Source: Bacteroidales bacterium (GTDB lineage Bacteria > Bacteroidota > Bacteroidia > Bacteroidales > JAAYJT01). From it: DNA of 64,000 nucleotides. The notes under the pieces were generated by a model. That model did no database searches, had not been told where the DNA came from, and saw only the letters and a list, made by a program, of their open reading frames with translations. Below are positions 16,456 to 26,389 of this stretch, in pieces. Both the position numbers and the translations under genes were made by a program. Numbering within the stretch: position 1 is the first letter of the stretch; each line of letters begins with the position of its first letter. The stretch covers positions 37,743 to 101,742 of the forward strand of contig JACZJK010000033.1 in the NCBI GenBank assembly GCA_014860575.1. Direction: 5' to 3'.

Positions 16456-19230
16456 ATGACATCCGATCCTTACAGCGCTAAAAGAAAGCTTGAAACTGCC
16501 CAGGGCGAGTTAACCTACTGGAGCCTGAAAGCATTGCAGGAGCAAGGTTATACAATCAATAAACTACCGTTTTCCATCCGAATTCTACTTGAAAATGCCC
16601 TGCGGAATTTCGATGATTTTGCGATCACAAAAGAAAGCATTGAAACCCTTTTAGGTTGGAAGCCCCAAGCCTCCGATAAGGACATCCCATTCAAGCCGGC
16701 CCGTGTGCTGATGCAGGATTTTACAGGCGTTCCCGCGGTCGTTGATATCGCCTCATTGCGCGCCGAAGCGGCTCGCAAAGGGAAAGATCCCAACAAGATA
16801 AACCCATTAATCCCTGTTGATCTGGTCATTGACCATTCTGTACAGGTTGATTATTTTGGAACTAGTTACGCCTATCAGAAAAATGTAGACCTCGAGTACG
16901 AACGCAATAGTGAACGCTATAAGTTCCTGAAATGGGCACAGAAAGCTTTCAATAACTTTTCAGTTGTGCCTCCGGGAATGGGAATTTGTCACCAGGTAAA
17001 TCTTGAATATCTGGCCAAAGGCGTAATTGAACGCGATGGCAATATTTTTCCCGATACGCTGGTGGGAACCGATTCACATACACCAATGGTGAACGGCATA
17101 GGGGTTATTGGCTGGGGTGTGGGCGGCATAGAGGCTGAAGCTGCTCTGCTTGGCCAACCCATTTATTTTATTATGCCAGAAGTAGTTGGCCTTAAACTTA
17201 CAGGAAGCCTACCGTTGGGAACCACTGCAACGGATATGGTCCTCACAATTACAGAGATGCTTCGGAAACACAGAGTGGTCGGAAAATTCGTGGAAGTATT
17301 TGGGTCCGGCCTGGATTCGTTGTCAGTTCCCGACAGGGCCACCATTTCAAACATGTCGCCTGAATTTGGTTGTACTGTTAGCTACTTCCCGATTGACGAC
17401 CACACATTGGATTATATGCGCAAGACCAACCGCAGCGAAGAACAGGTAAAGCTTGTTGAAACCTATGCCAAGGCCAATATGCTCTGGCGCGAAAATGAAT
17501 CGGAAATTAACTACAGCAATGTGGTTGAATTGGATCTGAACACAATTGAGCCAACCGTTTCGGGTCCAAAAAGGCCGCAGGATAAAATACTTGCAAAAGA
17601 TCTTGCCGGAAAATTCAGCAGCCTCTTGAAAGAATTCCATCAGCGCGAATATATACCCATTGATAAAAGGGAAATCAGCCGCTGGTACGCCGAAGGGGGG
17701 CAATCGGCAAAACAGGAAACAAACACCGACTCTGAGGCCGAGATAGAAACCAAAATCCAGCATGGATTAAAAACCGTTTCACTCAGCCTGAATAATGAAC
17801 GCTTTGCAATTTCTGATGGCTCCATTGTGATTGCCGCCATCACTTCCTGCACAAACACTTCCAACCCCAGTGTAATGCTCGGCGCCGGACTTGTTGCGAG
17901 AAAAGCCCGTGAGCGCGGATTAGATGTGAAACCCTGGGTTAAAACATCGCTGGCCCCGGGATCGAAAGTGGTAACTGATTACCTCGAAAAATCAGGCTTG
18001 CTCAGCGATCTGGAAGCGTTGCGTTTTCATACGGTTGGATATGGTTGCACCTCGTGCATTGGCAATTCTGGCCCGCTGCCCGTTCATATCGCAAAAGCCG
18101 TTGATGAGAATGATCTTGTGGTTGCATCAGTCCTTTCAGGGAACAGAAACTTCGAAGCGCGGGTACACCCGCAGGTGAAGATGAATTTCCTCATGTCGCC
18201 TATGCTTGTTGTAGCTTATGCTATTGCCGGCCGTGTTGATCTCGATCTGTTTAGCGAACCAATCGGTTACGACCCCAACCAGGAACCCGTTTACCTTAAT
18301 GACATCTGGCCTTCAAATGAAGAAATCAATGATGTGATGCGCAGAGTGCTTTCGCCCGCAGACTATGCCAGAAACTATGATGAAATATTTGAAGGCGATG
18401 AACAATGGAAAAACCTGAAGGTTCCCCAGGATAAAGTTTATCAATGGGATCATACTTCGACCTATATCAAAGAGGTTCCTTTTTTCAGAGGAATCAGCGA
18501 AGAAATTTCTAAAACATCAGATATTTACAATGCCAGGGTGCTATTGAAGCTTGGTGATTCAATTACCACAGATCATATTTCGCCGGCAGGTTCTTTTTCT
18601 GAGAATTCTCCCGCCGGAAAATACCTTCTCGAACATGGTGTTGAGAGAACGCAATTCAATTCCTACGGTTCGCGAAGAGGAAATGATGAAGTAATGGTTC
18701 GCGGCACTTTTGCTAATGTGCGTATCAACAATCAAATTGCAAACGTTGAAGGTGGCTTTACTACTCATTTTCCTGGCGGTGAACTAATGAGTATTTATGA
18801 TGCATCGCAACGCTATCAGGCTGAAAATACTCCATTGATCGTGTTGGCTGGCAAAGAATATGGAAGTGGCTCTTCGCGCGACTGGGCCGCGAAAGGCACC
18901 AACTTACTTGGAATTAAAGCCGTACTCGCCGAAAGCTACGAACGCATTCATCGCAGTAATCTCGTTGGAATGGGCATTATGCCAATGCAGTACATTGAAG
19001 GTCAAAACTCAGCAAACCTAGGGCTTTCGGGCAATGAAACTTTCACCATTACAGGTATTGCAGGCGAACTTCATCCATTGAAGAAACTTCAGCTAACAGC
19101 AACCCGCGAAGATGGCACAAGCATTTACTTCGATGCGATTTCCAGGCTGGATTCAAACATCGAAATAGAGTATTACAAGAATGGTGGAATTCTGCACTAT
19201 GTGCTAAGGCAATTCCTGAAACAGGGATAA
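16456..19230 (+). CDS. acnA: aconitate hydratase A
   Basis: 924 aa. Fe-S ligand motifs are ITSCTNTSNP and GCTSCIGNSGP, plus a conserved swivel domain containing GSSRDWAAKG. Confidence 0.95.
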   Translation: MTSDPYSAKRKLETAQGELTYWSLKALQEQGYTINKLPFSIRILLENALRNFDDFAITKESIETLLGWKPQASDKDIPFKPARVLMQDFTGVPAVVDIASLRAEAARKGKDPNKINPLIPVDLVIDHSVQVDYFGTSYAYQKNVDLEYERNSERYKFLKWAQKAFNNFSVVPPGMGICHQVNLEYLAKGVIERDGNIFPDTLVGTDSHTPMVNGIGVIGWGVGGIEAEAALLGQPIYFIMPEVVGLKLTGSLPLGTTATDMVLTITEMLRKHRVVGKFVEVFGSGLDSLSVPDRATISNMSPEFGCTVSYFPIDDHTLDYMRKTNRSEEQVKLVETYAKANMLWRENESEINYSNVVELDLNTIEPTVSGPKRPQDKILAKDLAGKFSSLLKEFHQREYIPIDKREISRWYAEGGQSAKQETNTDSEAEIETKIQHGLKTVSLSLNNERFAISDGSIVIAAITSCTNTSNPSVMLGAGLVARKARERGLDVKPWVKTSLAPGSKVVTDYLEKSGLLSDLEALRFHTVGYGCTSCIGNSGPLPVHIAKAVDENDLVVASVLSGNRNFEARVHPQVKMNFLMSPMLVVAYAIAGRVDLDLFSEPIGYDPNQEPVYLNDIWPSNEEINDVMRRVLSPADYARNYDEIFEGDEQWKNLKVPQDKVYQWDHTSTYIKEVPFFRGISEEISKTSDIYNARVLLKLGDSITTDHISPAGSFSENSPAGKYLLEHGVERTQFNSYGSRRGNDEVMVRGTFANVRINNQIANVEGGFTTHFPGGELMSIYDASQRYQAENTPLIVLAGKEYGSGSSRDWAAKGTNLLGIKAVLAESYERIHRSNLVGMGIMPMQYIEGQNSANLGLSGNETFTITGIAGELHPLKKLQLTATREDGTSIYFDAISRLDSNIEIEYYKNGGILHYVLRQFLKQG

Positions 19231-19243
19231 TTGTTTAACCTCA

Positions 19244-19289
19244 AAGACGCAAAGGCGCTGTATATTAAGTCTAAGCGTCTTTGCGTCTT
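19244..19289. terminator. 16-bp stem hairpin between convergent acnA and the CBM48-like gene
   Basis: AAGACGCAAAGGCGCT (19244-19259) pairs with AGCGTCTTTGCGTCTT (19274-19289), giving 15 Watson-Crick pairs plus 1 G-U and a 14-nt loop. Confidence 0.6.
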
Positions 19290-19306
19290 CGTGGTATTTT
19301 TAGACT

Positions 19307-19612
19307 TTAGAGGCTGATCACAGCATTCTGTGCATCGCCAAAGCCACTTGGCACTTGCTTATCCGCTTCTGCTTCGGTAATCCAGTTGCTTCCTGCAAGA
19401 TAGCGGAACTGGTATTCGCGGCCAGATTCCAACTCAACAGTTGTGGAAAATGAACCATCTTTCATTTTTTTCATTTCGGCAGTGCTTTCGCTCCAATCAT
19501 TAAAATCGCCTAAAAGACTAATTTTTTCTGCGCCATTGGAGAGTTCTTTTTCAACTTTAAAAGTCACTTTACAAACTGGCTTCGATTTCAGGTATTGTTT
19601 CTTAATACTCAT
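19307..19612 (-). CDS. E-set / CBM48-like (AMPK glycogen-binding type) small protein
   Basis: About 101 aa from MSIKKQYLKSKPVCKVTFKV. GDFNDWS and REYQFRYL are typical of isoamylase-N/CBM48 folds. The alternative upstream ATG at 19636 is less likely. Confidence 0.6.
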   Translation of the reverse strand: MSIKKQYLKSKPVCKVTFKVEKELSNGAEKISLLGDFNDWSESTAEMKKMKDGSFSTTVELESGREYQFRYLAGSNWITEAEADKQVPSGFGDAQNAVISL

Positions 19613-19637
19613 TGTTTCAAATTTTAGATTTAACATT

Positions 19638-19671
19638 CATGCAAGAATTCAATCCTTGCATGTATTTTTTT
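19638..19671 (+). terminator. + strand terminator-like hairpin with T-run
   Basis: CATGCAAG-aattcaatc-CTTGCATG followed by TATTTTTTT. It would stop + strand read-through (antisense to the CBM48-like gene) before the 19875 operon. Confidence 0.4.
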
Positions 19672-19847
19672 GCGGGCGCAAAGGAAAGCAATTTATTTTA
19701 TATTCAAAGTAATGCATATGTTTAAATTTTGTTAATACTATCGTTTACGCTACGTAAATCATGCTTTCAGGAAGAAAATTAAATTTTGTGGATTGTTGTA
19801 AAACCATTCAAAATCAGGCATAACTTGTAAACCAGCATGAGAACCCG

Positions 19848-19855
19848 TAAATTTG
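19848..19855 (+). promoter_or_regulatory. -7 box (TAaaTTTG) upstream of the acyltransferase gene
   Basis: Exact TAnnTTTG match, 19 nt upstream of the ATG at 19875. Confidence 0.5.
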
Positions 19856-19874
19856 CCTGAATTTTAATTAGCAA

Positions 19875-20729
19875 ATGTCAGATACAAAAAAACCTTCCGG
19901 CACCAAACATATCAATTTGGCGAAAGCATTAAAGGGTACGCAATCAAAAGGGCTCAGACGGCTTCCCAAAACCATTGTTAAAATCCTCGAAAGGTTCATT
20001 TACCAGGATCAGATCAATGCTGTGATAAATAAATACATTGACTTTACCGGCGTCAGTTTTCATCCTGAGGTAATCAAAGAATTCAATATAAAGCTTGATA
20101 TCAGAGGCATCGAAAACATGCCCGAACATTCACGTTGCTTTTTTACAGCCAATCATCCTTTCGGTGTAATTGACGGTTTGGTACTTGGTTATCAGGTTGG
20201 CCGTAAATATGGCGATTTAAGGGCAATCGGAAACGAGTCTTTTCTTTACGTGCCCAATCTGCGGCCATTGATTGCTGCGGTAAATGTATTTGGAAAAAGT
20301 TCGCGAGAATATATTGAAGCGCTGAATGAAGTTTATAACTCAGATGTTGCCATTGCACACTTTCCTGCGGGTGAAGTTTCACGCGTTTATGACGGAAAAA
20401 TTCAGGATTCTCCCTGGCAGAAGAGTTTTGTAACCAAAGCCATTTCGGCTCATCGCGATGTTGTACCTTGCTATTTTGCTGGAACCAATTCCCGTTTGTT
20501 CTATTTAGTGTTTAGGTTCAGGAAGTTAACAGGAATAAAAACAAATCTTGAATTGGCTTTGCTGCCCCGCGAAATGTTCAAAAAAAGAAACAAAACCATC
20601 CGCCTGATTATCGGAAAACCCATTCCATGGTCCAGGTTCGATAAATCAATGACGCACCACGAATGGGCGCAAAAAGTAAGACAGCATGTTTATAAAATGG
20701 GAGAAACAGATCAGGAAATAACTTTCTAA
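19875..20729 (+). CDS. lysophospholipid/glycerol acyltransferase family protein (PlsC-like)
   Basis: 284 aa. Has acyltransferase block I (FFTANHPFGVIDGL) and a later FPAGEVSR block. The substrate is unknown. Confidence 0.65.
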   Translation: MSDTKKPSGTKHINLAKALKGTQSKGLRRLPKTIVKILERFIYQDQINAVINKYIDFTGVSFHPEVIKEFNIKLDIRGIENMPEHSRCFFTANHPFGVIDGLVLGYQVGRKYGDLRAIGNESFLYVPNLRPLIAAVNVFGKSSREYIEALNEVYNSDVAIAHFPAGEVSRVYDGKIQDSPWQKSFVTKAISAHRDVVPCYFAGTNSRLFYLVFRFRKLTGIKTNLELALLPREMFKKRNKTIRLIIGKPIPWSRFDKSMTHHEWAQKVRQHVYKMGETDQEITF

Positions 20730-20742
20730 AACTAACAATACT

Positions 20743-21516
20743 ATGATATTATCTTTCCGGAAATGGATCTTCAGGGTTTGGTACTGGTACGTGAACAGAG
20801 TTGATAAAAATGCTGAAATCCTCTTCATGAACTATGGCTATAAATTTACGGGCGATCAGATCGAATTGGAACCCGCAGACGAACCCAACAGATATTCAGT
20901 GCAATTGTACCACTTGCTTGGAAGTTCAGCCAGCATTGCCGGAAAGCAAATAGCCGAAATCGGTTGTGGACGCGGCGGTGGGCTGTCTTATATCGTGCGA
21001 ACCTTTGCCCCGGCCTCAGCCAAGGGAATTGATATCAGCACAAGCGCTGTAAATTTTTGTAGAAAGAATTATGACCTTGAAGGACTTACATTTGCGATCG
21101 GCGATGCGCAGGACCTTTCATTCATGCAAGACAATTCGCTTGATATTATAATCAATTGTGAATCTTCGCATCGCTATCCACGCATGGACCTTTTTTTCAA
21201 AGAAGTTTATCGTATTTTGCGTCCGGGCGCTTCACTTTTATACACTGATTTTGGTTTTGATCATGAAATGGCAGGAATCCTAAAGATGATTGATGAATCA
21301 GGACTGACGATTACCAAGGAAGCCATGATTACTGACAATGTTGTAAAAGCGCTTGAGGCCGACGACGATCGCAGGCGAAACCTTGTAAAAAGACTGACTC
21401 CTGGCTTTCTTCGCAAACAGGCATTTAACTTTGCCGGTAATGTTGGAGGCGAAACATATAATCTGTTTGCAACAAACAAATACAATTACTTTTTCTATGT
21501 ATTGCAAAAGAGGTAG
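20743..21516 (+). CDS. class I SAM-dependent methyltransferase (resembles Rv2952-type lipid O-methyltransferases)
   Basis: 257 aa. The SAM motif is IAEIGCGRGGG. ILFMNYGY, DEPNR, ESSHRYP and LRPGA line up with my recollection of the phthiotriol dimycocerosate methyltransferase family. This comparison is from memory only. Confidence 0.75.
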   Translation: MILSFRKWIFRVWYWYVNRVDKNAEILFMNYGYKFTGDQIELEPADEPNRYSVQLYHLLGSSASIAGKQIAEIGCGRGGGLSYIVRTFAPASAKGIDISTSAVNFCRKNYDLEGLTFAIGDAQDLSFMQDNSLDIIINCESSHRYPRMDLFFKEVYRILRPGASLLYTDFGFDHEMAGILKMIDESGLTITKEAMITDNVVKALEADDDRRRNLVKRLTPGFLRKQAFNFAGNVGGETYNLFATNKYNYFFYVLQKR

Positions 21517-21695
21517 TTGACCTAGCGGTCATTTCCGGGCATTCGTTTACAAAGATTTTGGATTGAAAACCAGATCAGTGATGATATGAGACAGTTTTGA
21601 TGTTCCGGTATGCAAAATAATGCTATCTTGCGCGCGTTTTCGGAACCATAATTGTACAGCGCCAGGCCTGCATCAGATATTATTAAAGCACTTTT

Positions 21696-22733
21696 ATGAC
21701 TTTTTCAGCAAAACAAATTGCCGACTTACTCAAAGGAACAGTTGATGGTGATCCCAATATTACCGTTCATAGACTGGCCAAGATTGAACAAGGAGAACCT
21801 GGTTCGCTTACTTTCCTCGCCAATCCTGTTTACACACCATATATCTATTCAACAAACGCCAGTATTGTAGTCGTAAATAAGACTTTCGTTCCTGAACAGC
21901 CTGTTAATAGCACATTAATCAGGGTAGACAATGCCTACGAAGCCTTTGCTCAATTGCTCGAAGTTTACAACCAGATCAAAATGAACAAAACCGGCATCTC
22001 CGAACGTGCATCTATTGCACATACTGCACATCTTGGAGAAGGTATTTTTGTCGGAGACTTTTCAGTAATTGGCGAAAATGTAACCATAGGCAACAACGTG
22101 AAAATCTACCCCCAGGTTTTCATTGGCGACAATACCAAAATTGGAAACAACACGATCTTGTACCCGGGAGTGAAAATATATTCCGATTGCCTGATCGGTG
22201 ATTCATGTGTATTTCATTCCGGTGTTGTGATTGGTGGTGATGGATTTGGGTTCGCACCACAACAAGACAACAATTACAGGAAAGTAGCACAAATCGGCAA
22301 TGTTATTATTGAAGAAAATGTTGAAGTTGGCTCAAATACTACCATTGACAGGGCAACACTTGGTTCAACCATAATACGCAAAGGTGTGAAACTTGATAAT
22401 CTTATTCAGATAGCCCATAATGTTGAGATTGGTGAGAACACAGTGATAGCTGCTCAAACAGGCATTTCAGGGAGCACAAAAATTGGTCGCAATTGTATGC
22501 TGGGCGGCCAGGTAGGTATTACCGGCCACATTTTCATTGCCGACAATGTTAAGATTGGTGCACAATCCGGTATCTCATCAAGCATTAAAACTCCCGGGAA
22601 AATTGTGATAGGCACGCCAGCCATTGATGCTTCAATTTTCAAACGGTCGGTAGTATATTTCAAAAACCTCCAAAACATTGCTGACGATTTACAAAAACTG
22701 AAAGCCAAAGTTTTTAATGCTGATCAGCAATAG
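21696..22733 (+). CDS. lpxD: UDP-3-O-acylglucosamine N-acyltransferase
   Basis: 345 aa. Has an LpxD N-terminal domain plus a long hexapeptide left-handed beta-helix, with a GGDGFGF catalytic region. Confidence 0.9.
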   Translation: MTFSAKQIADLLKGTVDGDPNITVHRLAKIEQGEPGSLTFLANPVYTPYIYSTNASIVVVNKTFVPEQPVNSTLIRVDNAYEAFAQLLEVYNQIKMNKTGISERASIAHTAHLGEGIFVGDFSVIGENVTIGNNVKIYPQVFIGDNTKIGNNTILYPGVKIYSDCLIGDSCVFHSGVVIGGDGFGFAPQQDNNYRKVAQIGNVIIEENVEVGSNTTIDRATLGSTIIRKGVKLDNLIQIAHNVEIGENTVIAAQTGISGSTKIGRNCMLGGQVGITGHIFIADNVKIGAQSGISSSIKTPGKIVIGTPAIDASIFKRSVVYFKNLQNIADDLQKLKAKVFNADQQ

Positions 22734-22797
22734 CTGTTGCCTAAGAAACAAACTTTTATCCTTGGTGTTACAAGAAGTTTAAACATCCAAAATTGTA

Positions 22798-22805
22798 TAT
22801 CTTTG
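22798..22805 (+). promoter_or_regulatory. -7 box (TAtcTTTG) 7 nt upstream of the lpxC/fabZ ATG
   Basis: Exact TAnnTTTG match. Its position implies a very short leader or a leaderless mRNA. Confidence 0.4.
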
Positions 22806-22812
22806 CCGACGT

Positions 22813-24213
22813 ATGAAAGAAAAGCAAAAAACCATCAAGCAACCGGTTTCGGTGTCTGGCCCCGGATTGCATACAGGCAAAACTGTAACCCTCACTTTTA
22901 AACCTGCACCCGATAATCACGGTTATAAATTTCAGCGAACCGATCTTGAAGGTCACCCAATTGTTAATGCCGGTGTTGAAAACGTGGTTGATACAAACCG
23001 TGGAACCACGCTTGAGCAAAACGGTGTTCGCATCAACACAACCGAACACGCTCTTGCAGCATGTGTTGGCATGGGCCTCGACAATGTAATTATTGAGCTT
23101 GACGGTAGCGAAACACCAATACTTGATGGAAGTGCAAAGTATTATATTGAAGCAATAGATAAAGTTGGCCTCATTACCCAAAAAGAAGAAAAGATCTGGT
23201 ACGAACTCGACTCAAACATCATTTACACCAATCCCGATCACAAGGTTGAACTTTTGGCAATTCCGAGCAAGGAATACAAGATTTCTGTTATGATTGACTT
23301 TGATGAGAAGGTGCTTGGAACACAAAATGCTGTCTTGAACAGGATTGAGGATTTCAAAACCGAGATTGCCCCTTGCCGCACTTTCGTTTTCCTGCATGAA
23401 CTTGAATATCTGATTCATAACAATCTTATTAAAGGCGGCGATCTTAACAATGCCATTGTTTTTGTGAACCGGCTAATCCAGCAGGAAGAACTCGACAGGC
23501 TTGCCAAATTCTTTAATAAACCTAAGGTTGAGGTTTTAAAAGAAGGAATTCTCAACAATCTTGAGCTTTATTTCCCTAACGAACCCGCCCGCCACAAACT
23601 CCTTGATGTTGTTGGCGATCTGGCACTTGTAGGAGTTCCGCTTAAAGCCCACATCATAGCTACAAGGCCGGGTCATGCATCCAACACCCAGTTTGCCAAG
23701 CTGATCCGTAAGCACATCAGGGAAGTGTCAAAGCAACCGCCGGCACCGTTTTACGACCCTAATAAGCCACCACTTTACGATGTTAACGACATCAAACGAA
23801 TTCTGCCACATCGCCCGCCCTTCCTGCTTGTTGATAAAATCATTGAAATAGGCGAAGACTATATTATCGGCATGAAAAGTGTTACTATGAATGAGCCATT
23901 TTTTATCGGTCATTTTCCCGATGAACCGCTCATGCCTGGTGTCCTGCAGGTAGAGGCCATCGCCCAGACTGGTGGCGTTTTTGTACTCAACAGCGTTCCG
24001 GATCCGGAAAATTATATCACATACTTCCTTAAAATTGAAAATGTGAGGTTCCGTCAAAAGGTTGTCCCGGGTGATACCCTGGTTTTCAGACTTGAATTAT
24101 TATCGCCATTCAGGCGTGGAGTTTGCCACATGAAAGGGACGGCATGGGTAGGAAACAAAATTGCTACTGAAGCCGAAATGATGGCACAGATTGTTCGTAA
24201 ACCCGACTTGTAA
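22813..24213 (+). CDS. lpxC/fabZ: bifunctional UDP-3-O-acyl-GlcNAc deacetylase / 3-hydroxyacyl-ACP dehydratase
   Basis: 466 aa. The N-terminal LpxC part contains QKTIKQPVSVSGPGLHTGK and HKLLDVVGDLAL. The C-terminal FabZ hotdog part contains LPHRPPFLLVDKI and FFIGHFPDEPLMPGVL. This fusion is typical of Bacteroidota. Confidence 0.92.
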   Translation: MKEKQKTIKQPVSVSGPGLHTGKTVTLTFKPAPDNHGYKFQRTDLEGHPIVNAGVENVVDTNRGTTLEQNGVRINTTEHALAACVGMGLDNVIIELDGSETPILDGSAKYYIEAIDKVGLITQKEEKIWYELDSNIIYTNPDHKVELLAIPSKEYKISVMIDFDEKVLGTQNAVLNRIEDFKTEIAPCRTFVFLHELEYLIHNNLIKGGDLNNAIVFVNRLIQQEELDRLAKFFNKPKVEVLKEGILNNLELYFPNEPARHKLLDVVGDLALVGVPLKAHIIATRPGHASNTQFAKLIRKHIREVSKQPPAPFYDPNKPPLYDVNDIKRILPHRPPFLLVDKIIEIGEDYIIGMKSVTMNEPFFIGHFPDEPLMPGVLQVEAIAQTGGVFVLNSVPDPENYITYFLKIENVRFRQKVVPGDTLVFRLELLSPFRRGVCHMKGTAWVGNKIATEAEMMAQIVRKPDL

Positions 24214-24237
24214 TCCTATTAAAATTATTTCAAAACT

Positions 24238-25041
24238 ATGAATCAGCCCTTAGCTTATGTTCACCCACAGGCCAAAATTGCTAAAAACGTAGTAATAGAA
24301 CCCTTCGTCAACATCGAAAAAAATGTTGAAATTGACGAAGGCACATGGATCGGATCGAATGTTACAATCATGGAAGGCGCAAGAATTGGGAAGAATTGCC
24401 GGATTTTTCCCGGAGCCGTTATATCAGCCATCCCGCAAGATCTGAAATATGATGGTGAGGAAACATTAGTAAGAATCGGTAACAACGTGACCATCCGTGA
24501 ATTTGTAACCGTAAACCGCGCTACCAAAGCCAACTGGGAAACTGTTGTTGGCGACAATACTTTGCTAATGGCTTACGTGCACATTGCCCATGATTGTATT
24601 ATAGGCAAAAATTGTATACTCGCTAACGTTGCGAACCTGGCAGGGCACATTGTTATTGACGATTGGGCGATCCTGGGCGGACTTACAGCCGTACACCAGT
24701 TTGTTCACATTGGCTCGCATGTTATGATAGCAGGTGGATCGCTGGTTCGGAAAGATGTACCTCCTTTTACAAAAGCTGCCCGTGAGCCGCTTTCATTTGC
24801 AGGTATCAATTCAATAGGTTTACGCCGGAGAGGCTTCAGCGCCGATCAAATCAATGATATCCAGAATATTTACCGGCATATTTACCTGAAGAGGTACAAT
24901 GTTAGCCAGGCCGTTCGTATCATCGAAGCTGATTACCCGGCAACACCAGAGCGCGACGAAATTCTTGCCTTTATAAATACTTCCAAGCGAGGTATCATGA
25001 AAGGATATTACAAGCACAGAGAACGGGACACTGAAGAATAA
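24238..25041 (+). CDS. lpxA: acyl-ACP--UDP-GlcNAc O-acyltransferase
   Basis: 267 aa. Has hexapeptide repeats and a conserved C-terminal helical domain (GINSIGLRRRGFS...I.NIYRHIY). Confidence 0.92.
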   Translation: MNQPLAYVHPQAKIAKNVVIEPFVNIEKNVEIDEGTWIGSNVTIMEGARIGKNCRIFPGAVISAIPQDLKYDGEETLVRIGNNVTIREFVTVNRATKANWETVVGDNTLLMAYVHIAHDCIIGKNCILANVANLAGHIVIDDWAILGGLTAVHQFVHIGSHVMIAGGSLVRKDVPPFTKAAREPLSFAGINSIGLRRRGFSADQINDIQNIYRHIYLKRYNVSQAVRIIEADYPATPERDEILAFINTSKRGIMKGYYKHRERDTEE

Positions 25042-25094
25042 CCCGCCATCTTATATTATTTTCTTAAACCGAAAAGGTTTGCGCCTGCAACAGT

Positions 25095-25739
25095 ATGAAA
25101 GTTTCACTTGATAAGCTCGGTAAACGGTTTAACAATCAATGGATCTTTCGTGGTTTAAGCAAGGATCTGATTGAAGGTGAAAGGTATGTAATCCTTGGCG
25201 GCAATGGTTCAGGGAAGTCAACATTATTACAAACAATAGCAGGTTACAGAGTTCCTTCCGAAGGTAGTATCAGTTTTCACGATAATGATAAACTAATAGC
25301 AGCTGACCAGCAATACCGCTATATTTCGATTGCATCACCCTACCTTTCGCTAATTGAGGAATTTGATATTGATGAATTGTTTGAGTTTCATTTCGGATTG
25401 AAGCCAATCATTCCTGACCTGGATGTTAAAGGTTTCAAAGAATTGCTGGGTTTGCAAAACATTAACAAGAAACCAATCCGGCAATATTCATCAGGAATGA
25501 AACAACGTTTACGTCTGGCACTGGCCTTTTTTTCTGACACCCAAATGCTGATGCTTGATGAGCCTTGCTCCAACCTCGATGCGCAAGGGGTGGAATGGTA
25601 TCGCAGGCTCCTGGATTCAGTTTCAAAGAACCGACTTGTGATTATATGCTCAAACCACCAGGAAAATGAGTATGAACCTTGCAGCAACAGCATTGAAATC
25701 AGTTTTTACAAACCTGCCGCAACTTTAAAATCACGTTAA
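25095..25739 (+). CDS. ABC transporter ATP-binding protein (no permease adjacent)
   Basis: 214 aa. Walker A is GGNGSGKST, the signature motif is YSSGMKQRL, and Walker B is LMLDEP. Confidence 0.8.
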   Translation: MKVSLDKLGKRFNNQWIFRGLSKDLIEGERYVILGGNGSGKSTLLQTIAGYRVPSEGSISFHDNDKLIAADQQYRYISIASPYLSLIEEFDIDELFEFHFGLKPIIPDLDVKGFKELLGLQNINKKPIRQYSSGMKQRLRLALAFFSDTQMLMLDEPCSNLDAQGVEWYRRLLDSVSKNRLVIICSNHQENEYEPCSNSIEISFYKPAATLKSR

Positions 25740-25745
25740 CTTTAC

Positions 25746-25753
25746 TACCTTTG
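25746..25753 (+). promoter_or_regulatory. -7 box (TAccTTTG) upstream of efp
   Basis: Exact match, 33 nt upstream of the efp ATG and directly after the ABC ATPase stop. Confidence 0.5.
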
Positions 25754-25786
25754 CGCGATTTTATAAACACAAATTTTAGATTTTTT

Positions 25787-26353
25787 ATGGCAACAACTGC
25801 TGATTTCAGAAACGGCCTCTGTATTGATTTTAATGGGGATTTGTACTCCATCGTCGAATTCCAGCATGTAAAACCCGGCAAGGGTGGCGCTTTCGTGAGA
25901 ACAAAACTGAAAAACCTGAAAACCGGAAAAGTGGTTCCAAACACTTTCAATGCCGGTGTTAAAATTGATATTGCCAGGGTTGAGAGAAGGCCTTACCAGT
26001 ATCTATACAAAGATGAATCCGGATATCATTTCATGCATAACGAAACTTTCGAACAAACTTTTATATCCGAAGCACTCATCGGTGCATCAGGTTTACTGAA
26101 AGAGGGACAGGAAGTAGAAATTGTATTTCATGCCGATACCGAAACCCCTTTAACCTGCGATCTTCCACCTTTTGTTGAACTGGAAGTAGTGTATGCCGAA
26201 CCAGGCATGAGAGGCGACACTGCCACCAACACCCTCAGGCCGGCTACTGTTGAAACAGGAGCAACGGTGCATGTTCCGCTGTTCATAAATATTGGCGATC
26301 GCATTAAGGTTGACACACGTACAGGTGATTATTCCGAAAGGGTTAAAGGCTAA
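25787..26353 (+). CDS. efp: elongation factor P
   Basis: 188 aa from [10 protein letters not shown]. The loop is [16 protein letters not shown]. The longer TTG-initiated ORF at 25751 runs through the promoter motif and is rejected. Confidence 0.93.
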   Translation: MATTADFRNGLCIDFNGDLYSIVEFQHVKPGKGGAFVRTKLKNLKTGKVVPNTFNAGVKIDIARVERRPYQYLYKDESGYHFMHNETFEQTFISEALIGASGLLKEGQEVEIVFHADTETPLTCDLPPFVELEVVYAEPGMRGDTATNTLRPATVETGATVHVPLFINIGDRIKVDTRTGDYSERVKG

Positions 26354-26389
26354 GCGCCATACTCAAACAATTTTCAACAACTTCATTTT

